From the NCBI RefSeq assembly GCF_001194135.2, contig NC_068992.1, positions 7,527,380 through 7,591,379 on the forward strand: a stretch of 64,000 nt of DNA. The letters run 5' to 3'. The position numbers were made by a program, and so were the translations under genes. The DNA is from Octopus bimaculoides. Lineage: Eukaryota. Each line of letters begins with the position of its first letter. The stretch's first letter is position 1. The notes below the pieces were generated by a model. The model did no database searches. It saw nothing but the letters and a program-made list of their open reading frames with translations, and was not told the origin of the DNA. Below are positions 50,801-62,527 of the stretch, piece after piece.

Positions 50801-52935
50801 ACTGCAAGATGGATTCTAAAAGCCAAACCAACTAGCAAAAGATCTAGGGTCTGACTAAGAATGAGATGGTTGGGTAACATCCATTGTCTCAATTGGTCAA
50901 GCTTGGAAATCTAGCAGGAAAGTGTAATGATGGTTATTTCTGATAAAACCTTATGAAAGAGGTTCTTGACGAGCTTACCTCAACAATCTTCTCAGGAATA
51001 ATAGGTAAAGAAAATGGATAGATGGATGGATGGACAGAAACCCTACCCCCAAAACAGTGTTATGGCCAAATTAGACCAGCAGTCAACTAATATTAGCAAC
51101 CAGATCATGAGTTTGAGAGTTCCCATTAAAAAGGGATGTTATTCTACCTTGATAGGTATTTGTGTTCCAATAATGGTAATCGACTCTGATGGTACAAACG
51201 TGGCTTATCTCAAGAGAAATGAACTGATATTAGTTCTTTCTAATTTTGGCACAGGGCCAGCAATTTTAGGGGAGGAAGAAGTCTATTATATTGATCCCAA
51301 AAGGATGAAAGGTAAAGTAGACTTCAGCAGAATTTGAACTCAGAATGTAAAGATAGACAAAATGTAGAAACCATGCCAAATCAGACTGGAATCTAGTGCA
51401 GCTTTCCAGCCCTGGTCAAGCTACCCAACCCATGCCAGCAAGGACAATGGATGCTAAATGATGATGATTTACTAACAAAATAAAGAATAAAGAAGAGAAA
51501 TCATTTATATACCCGTAAGATAAGATCTATTTTCCGATGCATTTCCTTTCCAGTGTTGACTCCAAGCTGGAATTCTCCCAAGATAGCTCTCCAGTCACTT
51601 TCCTTCTCAAACTGATTCCTGAAATATAAATGCATAAACAGGCTACAAACACTACTTTTCTTTACTAACACTGTACAAATGTTAGTCTTTATTCAGCAAC
51701 ATTCCAGAAAGACTAGATTTCAATAACTAATATTCTACAAAAGCTAATCTTCCTGTCTTTACAGCCACCACAGCGGAATGGTGTGTCAGTGTGTGTGTTG
51801 ACTGACATAGCAAACGGCTGGAGATGAAACTCTTGACAAAAGACAATGAGGTCCTGGATCCAAAGTATATAAAATTACACAATTAAACTGTAAAAACCTT
51901 GCCAAAACTAACCTCGGCTATGCTTGTGCCACGTAAAAAGCACTAAGTCCACTCTGCTGAGTGGTTGGTGTTAGGAAGGGCATCCAGCTGTAAAAATCCT
52001 GCCAAAACAGTAACAGAAGTTTGGTGCAGGCTTCTGCCTGGCCGGCTCTTGTCAAACCATTCCACTCATGGCAGCATGGAAGGCAGATGTTAAATGATAA
52101 TGATAATGATGATGATGAAGATGATGAAAGGAGCACCGAAATTCTTTTAAGTGCTTAGGTCTTCTATGGATCTTAATCCAACCCTGTTTTGATCCCAGTA
52201 TTCATTTTATAGATCTCTATGAAATGGCTAAGATTTATCTTTTTTAAACATAAAGGCATTCTTCAGTTTAGACAAATATACAAGGAAAAGTCCATCTTGG
52301 TGATATTTGAATTCAGAACAGTGGGTTACCCACCTAAAGCCCTTGATTGTACTTCCAGTCCTTTATATTTATTTATCTATTTTTTCAGTGGTTTGGCAAT
52401 GGGGTTCACCAAAATGCAATGATAATTTCTTACCCAAAAACACAATGTGCTGCGGTGATCACCCAACGTGGATGAATTAATGTTCCTCCACACACATGGC
52501 GTTTGGCCCATGTCAGCCGTAACGAAACCATCCAAGGCCATTTGCCTTCTTTTGACGGGATACCTCCGACTATCATATGTGTAGTCGCAACACCACATTC
52601 AGCTGGAAAATAGAGAAGAAACAATAACAAGTTGATTATCTGTGAGGTTTTTGGAATGTACAACTTTGATTTGTGCTGCCTTCCTCACTAAACTGACCAA
52701 ACAGGTTGCCTCAATCAGCAGAACATTCGTTTTTGTTTATTTTATTTTATTTTTTGCTCAGATAGATAGAAAGAGAGATATACAGACAGACAGATAGCTA
52801 GATAGATACATAGATAGACAAACAGACAGACATATAGATAGATAGATAGACAGGCGGACAGACAGACAGACAGACAAACAGATAGACAGACAGATAGATA
52901 GATAGATAGATAGTTAGACAGGCGGACAGACAGAC

Positions 52936-52983
<48 letters not shown>

Positions 52984-53747
52984 TTGAAATAATTAAAGAA
53001 ATGGGATGTTATAACATTCAAACCTTCTCCAAGTACCTCAACAAGGTATGTGAAAAGAGGCGGTTTCAACGAAGAATAGAAACCGGCTTGCAGAATTGCT
53101 TCTTCTAACTTATTAACAAAAACGTCACGAAATAATTTTGAAAAATAAGAGATGAAACAACAGGAATTCTTACCAATAGGGATTTGAGTTGAAAGATTGT
53201 CTTGCACAGATGTTTGCCTTTCTTTCCACTGTTGTTTTCCAGATGTAGAATATTTCCATTGCTTCGATGTAGGAGTAACGTTTGGTTGGCCCTTAATGGA
53301 TTTTGATGCATGTGTTGTTACTTCAGTTGTCGATGCCTCTGAAGTGAGCAGAAATGAAAACCTAGAAGACGGGGATGTACCGAGGTGTGTAACTGTAGTT
53401 TTACCGGTCACAACTGGTCTTTTGTCGTTAATTCCTGTGGAATTCATTTCCATTCTTCCGACTGTCTTGCAGTCATCCCACCTGGAACCAACTGGAACGC
53501 AGTTTGTCACTTTGTTCGACCAGACTCTGTCCATGGGACAAGGTGGCATTTGATGAGGTACGCCGTGTCCACATACAAAATACATAGAACAGTTGAAAGG
53601 ATGTCGTACCCATTGCATATCTTTTGATGTACACGGAAATTTGGCAATTGGCATAAAACGTCTGCTACGCCAACGAAAGAAATATCTACGCCTTGAGCAA
53701 ACGTTCAATATGATGACTAATAATATTAGGGTTCGTAGAAATAGCAT
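47642..53747 (-). CDS. Secreted chitin-binding (CBM14/peritrophin-A) S1A serine protease, chymotrypsin/elastase-like; 452 aa; 6 exons
   Basis: Exons 53747-53174, 52602-52434, 51618-51513, 49993-49822, 48577-48441 and 47842-47642 join in frame (1359 nt), all GT-AG. Signal peptide; C-x13-C-x5-C-x10-C-x12-C-x9-C; IVGG; TAAHC; NDIAL; GDSGGP; SWG; YPSVYTRV. Confidence 0.95.
48441..48577 (-). CDS. Protease exon 5: [13 protein letters not shown]...[13 protein letters not shown]
   Basis: taatag| ... AAT|gtaagt; phase 1-0. Confidence 0.95.
49822..49993 (-). CDS. Protease exon 4: HPNF...[10 protein letters not shown]...[10 protein letters not shown]
   Basis: tttcag| ... G|gtaag; phase 0-1. Confidence 0.96.
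50018..50101 (+). repeat. Compound (TAG)n/(TGG)n trinucleotide repeat beside the protease exon 4 acceptor
   Basis: Direct reading. Confidence 0.95.
50520..51030 (+). mobile_element. Decayed RTE-clade LINE 3' fragment, same family as 46-520, in protease intron 3
   Basis: EKLKY...[15 protein letters not shown]; shares tatggacatgtgat and ttctgataaaaccttat with 46-520. Confidence 0.75.
51513..51618 (-). CDS. Protease exon 3: [36 protein letters not shown]
   Basis: tttcag| ... CGG|gtata; phase 2-0; absent from ORF track; bridges the His and Asp exons. Confidence 0.9.
52434..52602 (-). CDS. Protease exon 2: [14 protein letters not shown]...HVCGGTLI...TAAHCVF
   Basis: ttccag| ... GG|gtaag; phase 1-2. 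Confidence 0.96.
52760..52983 (+). repeat. Compound (TAGA)n/(CAGA)n tetranucleotide array in protease intron 1
   Basis: Direct reading. Confidence 0.95.
53174..53747 (-). CDS. Protease exon 1: signal peptide, cationic 13-mer, CBM14 (53633-53469), Ser/Thr-rich linker
   Basis: ATG at 53747; ...ATT G|gtaag; phase 1. Confidence 0.92.
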
Positions 53748-54045
53748 TCTTAAGGTCTTTATATATGTGCATATATTATTCTACATTGATACATGACAGA
53801 GGTGTATTGATCTGACGAAGTACCGAATTATTTAGGGTATATATATTCTTCAACAAGATCGAAAAACTGAAAATTATTGAAAGCCATCGTTTATTTATAA
53901 TTAATATTTCTTTTGAATATCAATTCAAATTTCTGAAATATTCATCTTGCATGATCATAAAAATATGACAGTGTGTGTGTGTGTATGTGCGTGCGTGCGT
54001 GTGTGTGCGTGTGTGTGTGGCTCTGAAACTGCATTTGTGTACATG

Positions 54046-54086
<41 letters not shown>

Positions 54087-55036
54087 TGAGTATTTTTTCC
54101 TCTATACCTTTGTTTAGAGATTGGACAAAAAAAATCTGTTAAAAATACATATTAATATAAGAATACTTAAATATTTTTAAAATCCATTTCTCTTTCTTTA
54201 CATTTTTCACCCCCTTACCAATAAATAAAATTCTAGGTAACTTCGAAAATATTCCAACAGTTGAGGGAAAAAATTAGGGGAAAAATATATTCATTTAAAT
54301 TTCAATTTGTAAGGGTTACACATCGGAGTATGAAGTAGTGGAGAACGGTATCCTAAACCACTTGAATGAGATTGTTTCGTTTTGAAGGTAATCGCTCAAA
54401 CAGGGGCAGGTGTTTTAAACAATATATATGTTTCAGAATTATTGTCATCATTGAAGGAAGTGTTAAAATTAATGACTACCGATCATAATAGTTAAATGTA
54501 AGTCACATAGATTCTCTGTGGTTGTTTAATATTGGCCTTACTCCGCACAATTTAAAACTCCTTTCGTTTGTTATCTCACTGAGACTTTCAATTCACACAT
54601 ATGTTACAGAACTTTGTCACGTTTGAAGGGGAAAAGAATCTTGTGTGAATGTGGTGTATATATGTATGTTTTATGGAGTTAGTAGGAGCAAACATTCGCT
54701 TTAGCTCTTTATCTTCGAGTCTTTATAAGCAAGCACACCGAACAGGTTCCCAGCAAGCCGGCCCTGCATAACTACAGATGACTGGGTCATTGTAAGAAAT
54801 GCTTTTAGTAAGCTGGTCACGAACTAGTGTTTGTTATTATCAAGCAACAGACGCGACATACAGTTTTCCTCGTGAAACCAAATGTAAGTTGTACGGCCTC
54901 TTTTCTTGCTTTTATAACACTGTTAACCCCGTTCTTCAAACCACCTGTCTACCCCTCCCCAGTACGCACTCGCCAACATGGAAAGACATGCTTACTTTAT
55001 CCCGTCCTTACACCACCACTACTACTCTGCTGTATA

Positions 55037-55080
<44 letters not shown>

Positions 55081-56874
55081 TACATATACACATATTTACA
55101 CACGTGCGCACCCAGCCAACCACACACATACACATCGCGCGCGCGCACTGATGCTAATATAATTTAATTCTCACACTCTCGGTAAATACGTCCGGCTCAA
55201 AGTTTTATTTTCTTTAACGTACCCGTCCACATGACCTTAAGTAGGGTATTTCATTTCTGAAGTACCGATCGTAGCGATTGTGTTGCTGCTGTTATTAGTG
55301 GTGATGAGGATGTTGGTGATAATGATGATGATGCTATGGGTGTTCTAGTGTCGATAGATGGGACGATGACTATGGCGGTGACGGTGACGGTGGTGGTTGT
55401 TTGTTGTACAGGTGTAGGTCATGGTAGTAGTGATGTCGATGATGATATTGGTGGTGGTGGTTGGGGAAGGCGGCAGTGACGATTGAGAGTCTGAGTTAAG
55501 GGGATATTGTTTATCTTGTCTGCTCGCTGATAAAACAACTTTCAGCTTGGATTAAATAGACAAAAAAAATAAATGCACACAAATACAAAAACGAGATAAA
55601 AACAAAAAAGATTGTTTGCGAGACGCACATACACATACCCCCTCCTCTCTGTCTCTCTCTCACACACACACACACACAACATTTCTTTATCGCAAACACA
55701 TACGCTATTTTGCACCAAATCACTCCAGTTGCATTTTGTTTCAAAATGGATTTTTCTTTTCTTTTTTGTTTTCGTCAAATTACAAGGTCTCGAAATGAGA
55801 AGTGGGTGAAGTTTATACTTTTCTCACTAGAATTGGTGAAATGAACTGATTTAATCTCAGAACAGGAATCAAGAAAACAACTCAAACGATCGTCTAAGTG
55901 AACCAATTTCTTATTTTGCTCCAAATGCACGAACTGACAGAGTGAGATAAAACTGTGTGACATTCAAACATTTTTAAGGGTGTAGAACGCTTGAATTAGA
56001 AACCGCGTTAGCTCAGTAACGAGAAATGGGTCTCAGTAGATTAGGCGACTAGCCCTGGGTTTTAACCAAATTTGTCCGGGTAATAAAGAATATAGAAGCA
56101 TTATTAGTAGGGTCATTTTCACCTTCACCAACTACGATTTAACGACCAGACCGCTTAAAAGAGACCAGAAGTGTAAGATGTGAGAATTGATTTTAATAGG
56201 CAATATATCAAAATTGGAATGCAAGTGGCTCGTCAGATTATACAATTATAACGGTACAATCTTTCTTACTAAATTCTTTTTTCTTTAACTAGGTGTCAGG
56301 GAAAGGTGAGATGTGTAATAGTTTAGTTGTGGATTCCTAGAGACATCAGTGAAATTACCCAGTATTAATCTGCAAGTGACGTAGTATGGCTTTTCGCTAC
56401 CCTGTGTGGTGGCCAAATTGGTTGCCCTCTTCTTGAAATGTAACATACCTTTGCTTATAGTAAACACACGTACGAAGAGTGGCCATCATATATGGTCCGC
56501 ATACATTGCACACCTCACTCTACGCCATTGCAATCAACCGAGCATCGAGACCAAATTGCGTTCTCGATTCTCGAGAGATTTGCATATTGTTCTATCAAGA
56601 GCTGTCTAGATTTTATAATTTATTTCTGTCGTTGAGACAAGACCATAAATTTTGCGTGAGTAAGCTCGATACAATCCACATTAGTTCTTGATTAACGCTT
56701 TAATTTATCGACCCCAGAAAGATGAAAAGTAAAGTTGACAGCGAGGGATTTGAACTTACATCATTAAAGGCTGTAACTAAATGCAGTAAGGTATCTCTGC
56801 AACCAGAAGAATACTTTACGCCAACCGTCTAGCATATCTTGAATGTTTTGCTTTTCTGGGCATGGACATACTAC

Positions 56875-57170
56875 AGCGTTGACGTCTAGAAGCTGACTTG
56901 CTAGAAACCCAAAAGATTATCCACCATGTCTCCAATAACAAATTTACCCATCTTTTTGAATTCAATACCTCTGCCACTCGTGGCCATGCTTATAAAAAAA
57001 AATTTTTATTATTCAGTCCGTTACTTTTGGAAACATTTTTTTCACGCTCAGACTCATTGAAGCAGAGAATAAATACTGACATTGGTGCATCTTTCAAAAA
57101 TTCTGTTCTTTCCGAAATTCACCAATACTGACATGTCTAGGCATCCTTTCCTCTTTACTGTCCACTTTTC
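56875..57170 (+). mobile_element. CR1/L2-like LINE 3' fragment
   Basis: RLEADLLETQKII...LFEFNTSATRGHAYK resembles the CR1 tail RGDLIETYKI...TRGH.YK. Confidence 0.7.
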
Positions 57171-57559
57171 TGTGTTTTTTTTTTTTTTTTTTTTTTGCCC
57201 AGTGTACTAATGTATATATTTTTGGCTATGATTGTTGTCTTTCTGTCTGTACTCGAACCATTGTCGTTTTATATCACCTTTTATTCTCTTCATTATCAGA
57301 TATTTACCGAGTCTCTTCTGACCCCACCCATTTCACTCCAGACAACTAGTATTTATTATGTTAATGAAGGCGAAACCGATTGAGTGAATGGTTGACAACT
57401 TCATGAGTATAGAAGTTGCCTTGACCCACAAAAGCAGCCCATCAGGCATGTTTTATGAAATTTTGACATGCCTCTGTCATCACTTCCAGTTTCTATCACA
57501 TACTTTCGTTTTTTAAGAACAATTTACTTTCACTTTTTTTAGGACAGTAAAAACTGCAT

Positions 57560-57780
57560 GTTGACATTTCAACAATCCAGTCGATCTACTACAGTTCTAT
57601 CTTCACTCTTATCCAACTGGTTCTCATGATTATTGTAAGTGGGAGTCATTTTGGAAAGTCCAGCAACAGGTATTCTTGGGTTGGCCCTTTTCCAGTTTCC
57701 CTTCTAGTATTCACGTATCCATGTCATTACATCTTTCGCATGGTCGACGCTGCAAATATTTTGTGTCTATACGCCCTAAT
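57560..57780 (-). mobile_element. Highly decayed LINE (RTE-like) 3' fragment
   Basis: Minus frame GNWKRANPR resembles G.RKRGRPR. Confidence 0.35.
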
Positions 57781-60564
57781 TCAACACGCTGTTAAGACTT
57801 ACCTGTAGTAGACTGTTCTACCTGTAATCGAGTGATATTCTATTTAGAAACTGGTGGAATTGATAGTGGTGGTAGAATTCATTAATCACTTAGTGATAAT
57901 GAATCCGAAAATTAAGCTGTAGACGAATGAAGCCTTCTATAATCTGGAGTAGGGGTGTCCCCGGTTTTTCTATACGCGTGTAATTGTGTATTTAGTACAG
58001 TTTATTTTTAATTACGTTGATAAAGAATCTGATCGCCGTTTAAATAACTTAGTAATTAGAAAAGACAAACATAATTGAAGCATTTGTATATTCTAACATA
58101 CTGAAACTAACAAGGAATATACAACAGGGGGCCTCTTCCATAAGTATCAGTGAACATACATGCATACATACATACACACATACATTTATGTACGCGCGCG
58201 CACGCACATACATACATACACGTCGACGATTTAGTGCTGAGTTTGTTTAAGTTTACGGGAATCAAACTGCTTACTTCGTAAAATCAAGTGCAGAATGATC
58301 AAACATCGATCTGAGCATTCAATGACACCGCGTACAGACGAACTTTCCAAGTAGATTAAACAGAAAAGGAGAAAGAAAGCGGTGCTTTTGCGATTGGTGA
58401 AGGTAGGGAGTAAGCCATCAGATTAATGTTACGTCTGAGCAAATAGTTTAAACTGCGGAATGTCAGCTTAACTGTGTGATGTCAAATGGGAGCACTGAGG
58501 ACATAAACAGACCACAGTTCAGAAAATTCATAGAGAAACTAAGTTAGCAGACGTGCGTATTTGAGATTATTAAGGTTGCGTTTCTCCCAAAATGGATTCA
58601 GTGAAAAAGTTTGGGGGCGAGGAGTAGGGGAGATAAAGGATCTGTTTTATAAAATTTCATATATGTGTATGTATCTGTGTGTATGCATACATACACATAT
58701 ATAGGTATATATATGTGTGCACATATATATATTCTTTTATTTTTTTTTTACTTGTTTCAGTCATTTAACTGCGGCCATGCTGGAGTACCGTCTTATGCAT
58801 GTATATATTTACATACACGCGGCAGCGAGCTGGCAGAAACGTTAGCACGCCGGGCGAAATGCTGAGCGCTATTCCGTCTGCCTTTACGTTCTGAGTTCAA
58901 ATTCCGCCGAGGTCGTCTTTGCCATTTAATTCTTTATAATATCAGTATCAGTACATGTTGTAAAGCTGAGTTTGTGAGTGTGTGTGTGTGTTACATCTAT
59001 AGAAATTCACACCTTACAAGATAGCAATTTGGGAGTCGCACCAATGGATTCCTCATGGTCGAAAATGCCCGGAATCAGCCATTTTTTTTTCCTTCTTCCT
59101 TCCTAACAGGTGAATTTTTGTATTAAAAATAATTTTAAACCATAACTTCTAACAATTTNNNNNNNNNNNNNNNNNNNNNNNNNNNNNNNNNNNNNNNNNN
59201 NNNNNNNNNNNNNNNNNNNNNNNNNNNNNNNNNNNNNNNNNNNNNNNNNNNNNNNNNNNNNNNNNNNNNNNNNNNNNNNNNNNNNNNNNNNNNNNNNNNN
59301 NNNNNNNNNNNNNNNNNNNNNNNNNNNNNNNNNNNNNNNNNNNNNNNNNNNNNNNNNNNNNNNNNNNNNNNNNNNNNNNNNNNNNNNNNNNNNNNNNNNN
59401 NNNNNNNNNNNNNNNNNNNNNNNNNNNNNNNNNNNNNNNNNNNNNNNNNNNNNNNNNNNNNNNNNNNNNNNNNNNNNNNNNNNNNNNNNNNNNNNNNNNN
59501 NNNNNNNNNNNNNNNNNNNNNNNNNNNNNNNNNNNNNNNNNNNNNNNNNNNNNNNNNNNNNNNNNNNNNNNNNNNNNNNNNNNNNNNNNNNNNNNNNNNN
59601 NNNNNNNNNNNNNNNNNNNNNNNNNNNNNNNNNNNNNNNNNNNNNNNNNNNNNNNNNNNNNNNNNNNNNNNNNNNNNNNNNNNNNNNNNNNNNNNNNNNN
59701 NNNNNNNNNNNNNNNNNNNNNNNNNNNNNNNNNNNNNNNNNNNNNNNNNNNNNNNNNNNNNNNNNNNNNNNNNNNNNNNNNNNNNNNNNNNNNNNNNNNN
59801 NNNNNNNNNNNNNNNNNNNNNNNNNNNNNNNNNNNNNNNNNNNNNNNNNNNNNNNNNNNNNNNNNNNNNNNNNNNNNNNNNNNNNNNNNNNNNNNNNNNN
59901 NNNNNNNNNNNNNNNNNNNNNNNNNNNNNNNNNNNNNNNNNNNNNNNNNNNNNNNNNNNNNNNNNNNNNNNNNNNNNNNNNNNNNNNNNNNNNNNNNNNN
60001 NNNNNNNNNNNNNNNNNNNNNNNNNNNNNNNNNNNNNNNNNNNNNNNNNNNNNNNNNNNNNNNNNNNNNNNNNNNNNNCGCCCATGTTCAATTTATATTA
60101 TAGATAGTAGACAAGCCGTCATGAGAAAAAGTGTGTGTGTACAAACATGGATGTATGCGTGTGCAATAAGTACAGAGCATTGAAAGAGTCTATAATATGA
60201 TGCTGGAAGAATGTTCAGACACAAGGATGATAAATACCAGTTCGTAGTCAAAGGTACACGATAGTTGAGATGCTGCCAGTTACTTGTTACAGAAGGTTGT
60301 TGCAGGTTGTATTTGCTGTTAACCATGGTGAAGTATTTCACAAACAGTGTTGAGATAGAACCTGTGCGAGTGTTGCTGGTTGCTGTGTACGTAGCAAGAA
60401 GTTGTTGACGACATTAAGAAGATGGAGATTGTCGTATGCTGTCGCCGAGTCTTGATGAGTCTTCATGTAGCTGCTGTTGTGTCGTCGTTGGAACTGGCTG
60501 TGTGGTCAGTGGCTAGACCTCAAAAGGTCTGGAACCGAAATACATCTACTCGATGTTACTAAAG

Positions 60565-60772
60565 TTTTATAGCGTGCTGTCGGCTCACCGGAAGTTCAGA
60601 AGAAACTGTCTCACATGACCTCCTCTGAAGGCTGCCATTGGTTGGGATGCATCTTGGCACACAATAGAGCAATATACAAATTGCGCCAATATCAACCAAT
60701 CAGAGTAGTGGACACAACAGGGCGGCCGAAGGTCAGTTGTTATCTACTACGTCTGCATTTATGTATATATAA
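60565..60772. promoter_or_regulatory. Promoter-like motif cluster, possibly bidirectional
   Basis: Minus TATAAAA (60565-71), ETS CCGGAAGT (60588-95), TCACATGA E/M-box (60611-18), minus CCAAT (60637-41), plus CCAAT x2 (60686, 60696), GGGCGG (60720-25), plus TATATATAA (60764-72). Confidence 0.35.
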
Positions 60773-61358
60773 CAGAGAGAGAGAGGAATTTCCCTTAAGT
60801 CGTATGCTAGAGATTTATCCTCTTTTCACTCCATAAAAGCTGTTTGGTGCCTAGCTCACCAGACAGATGACCCTGGGCATTTGAGCAGATGGCTTTGGAC
60901 TTTTGTGCAAACTCTCCCAGTCAGCAATAGTATCATTAACATCTTCCGTTGTAAATAGCCAACACATAATATCATTTCTGGTAATAAATATTAAAGTTAA
61001 AGGTCCATGGTTTTATTTCAGTTATTATTCACACATCTCACACCACAACAGTAGAACACCGACAAGCACACCACAGCAACAGTAATGATGCAACCCACTG
61101 CGACAATGGCGACACAAGACATTCACAGTTGACTACCTCAATACAAACAACCAAGCAACCTCATGGAAACAGCATGTCCATAAGAGATATCTCGGAACAA
61201 AATACCACATTAAATTTGCCTTTCATGATATATCTACATTAACGATGATACACTGATGGTTATTTTAATTTAATAATGTTTCTGTAGTGAATTTTTATTC
61301 AGCCAAGTTTTTTTGCAACATTAGTTATTCTTTATTCACTGTTTCATATATATATATA

Positions 61359-61391
<33 letters not shown>

Positions 61392-62284
61392 NNNNNNNNN
61401 NNNNNNNNNNNNNNNNNNNNNNNNNNNNNNNNNNNNNNNNNNNNNNNNNNNNNNNNNNNNNNNNNNNNNNNNNNNNNNNNNNNNNNNNNNNNNNNNNNNN
61501 NNNNNNNNNNNNNNNNNNNNNNNNNNNNNNNNNNNNNNNNNNNNNNNNNNNNNNNNNNNNNNNNNNNNNNNNNNNNNNNNNNNNNNNNNNNNNNNNNNNN
61601 NNNNNNNNNNNNNNNNNNNNNNNNNNNNNNNNNNNNNNNNNNNNNNNNNNNNNNNNNNNNNNNNNNNNNNNNNNNNNNNNNNNNNNNNNNNNNNNNNNNN
61701 NNNNNNNNNNNNNNNNNNNNNNNNNNNNNNNNNNNNNNNNNNNNNNNNNNNNNNNNNNNNNNNNNNNNNNNNNNNNNNNNNNNNNNNNNNNNNNNNNNNN
61801 NNNNNNNNNNNNNNNNNNNNNNNNNNNNATATATATATATATATAGGTGATGACAAATTTCATCTAAACATGTAGTTGGCTTTTGAGTACATGCTATTGA
61901 TACTGACATTGAAAGAGAAATGCATCTAACAGTCTCCCTGGGATGCTATGATGATTTTCGTCTCTAAGACCCTCGCTTTCTACTATAGCCTCATCTCGAT
62001 TAAAGCCTTGTAAGTGGATTTGGTAAACGGAAACCGAAAGAAGCTTGTCGTTATGTATGTGTGTGTGCGTTTGTCCCTTAACACCGCTTGACAACGGTTC
62101 AGTGAGAGACTAATAGCATAAGTAGCAGATTAAAGAACGTGATTAAGTTATCCTAATTAAATAATTAAAACAAATCAGAAACCGTTTATAACCATATAGT
62201 TACACTTATAATTAAATACATCATAAAACAAAATAAGAACTACACGTAAATGTGAAGGTGATTTAATTGTTCGGTTGAAGTTTA

Positions 62285-62441
62285 TGTTCAGGAACGACCA
62301 GTCGAAGGCGGCGCGTCATGAATACGTTTGCACATCTTTGCTATCTTTTTAGTAGGGAGGTTCTCTTGGAAGTTTTTATTCCGAGATATTTATGTCGGAA
62401 ATTGTCTCTTGTATTTCTTTGTCGCGTCATCTCAGTGAAAC
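62285..62441 (+). promoter_or_regulatory. CpG-rich promoter/5' UTR of DCP2
   Basis: Local CpG/GC enrichment (GGCGGCGCG, GTCGCG); two CGCGTCAT motifs; directly upstream of the ATG. Confidence 0.5.
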
Positions 62442-62527
62442 ATGGAACAACAAACTTCGGTGAAAGTTCTCAGCGCCACTCCGCAGCCATTTATCATTCC
62501 GGCTTATGTTTTAGATGACTTATGCAG
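62442..62527 (+). CDS. DCP2: mRNA-decapping enzyme 2, first coding exon: MEQQTSVKVLSATPQPFIIPAYVLDDLCS; remainder lies beyond the window or in a gap
   Basis: IPxxVLDDLCS is the conserved start of DCP2 Box A (human EIPGSVLDDLCSRF). Strong Kozak context (aaacATGg); AG|gtttgt donor at phase 2 in the Ser codon; CpG-rich surroundings. Confidence 0.85.

Noticed and set aside
53197-53627. Plus-strand ORFs antisense to protease exon 1
   Set aside because: Shadows of the real minus-strand coding exon; no recognisable motifs.
53752-53768. TATA-like TATATAAAG on minus just upstream of the protease ATG
   Set aside because: Only about 10 nt from the ATG, too close for a functional TATA-to-TSS spacing; AT-rich background.
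60093-60412. Minus-strand Thr/Ser/Asn-rich open frame as a possible upstream protease exon
   Set aside because: The protease already has an ATG and signal peptide at 53747; no convincing splice sites or homology; kept only as part of the promoter/lncRNA finding.
60505-60560. Two small hairpins with an intervening GAAA (agacc/ggtct; acatc/gatgt) suggestive of a hammerhead ribozyme
   Set aside because: The required CUGANGA core is absent upstream of stem II on either strand.
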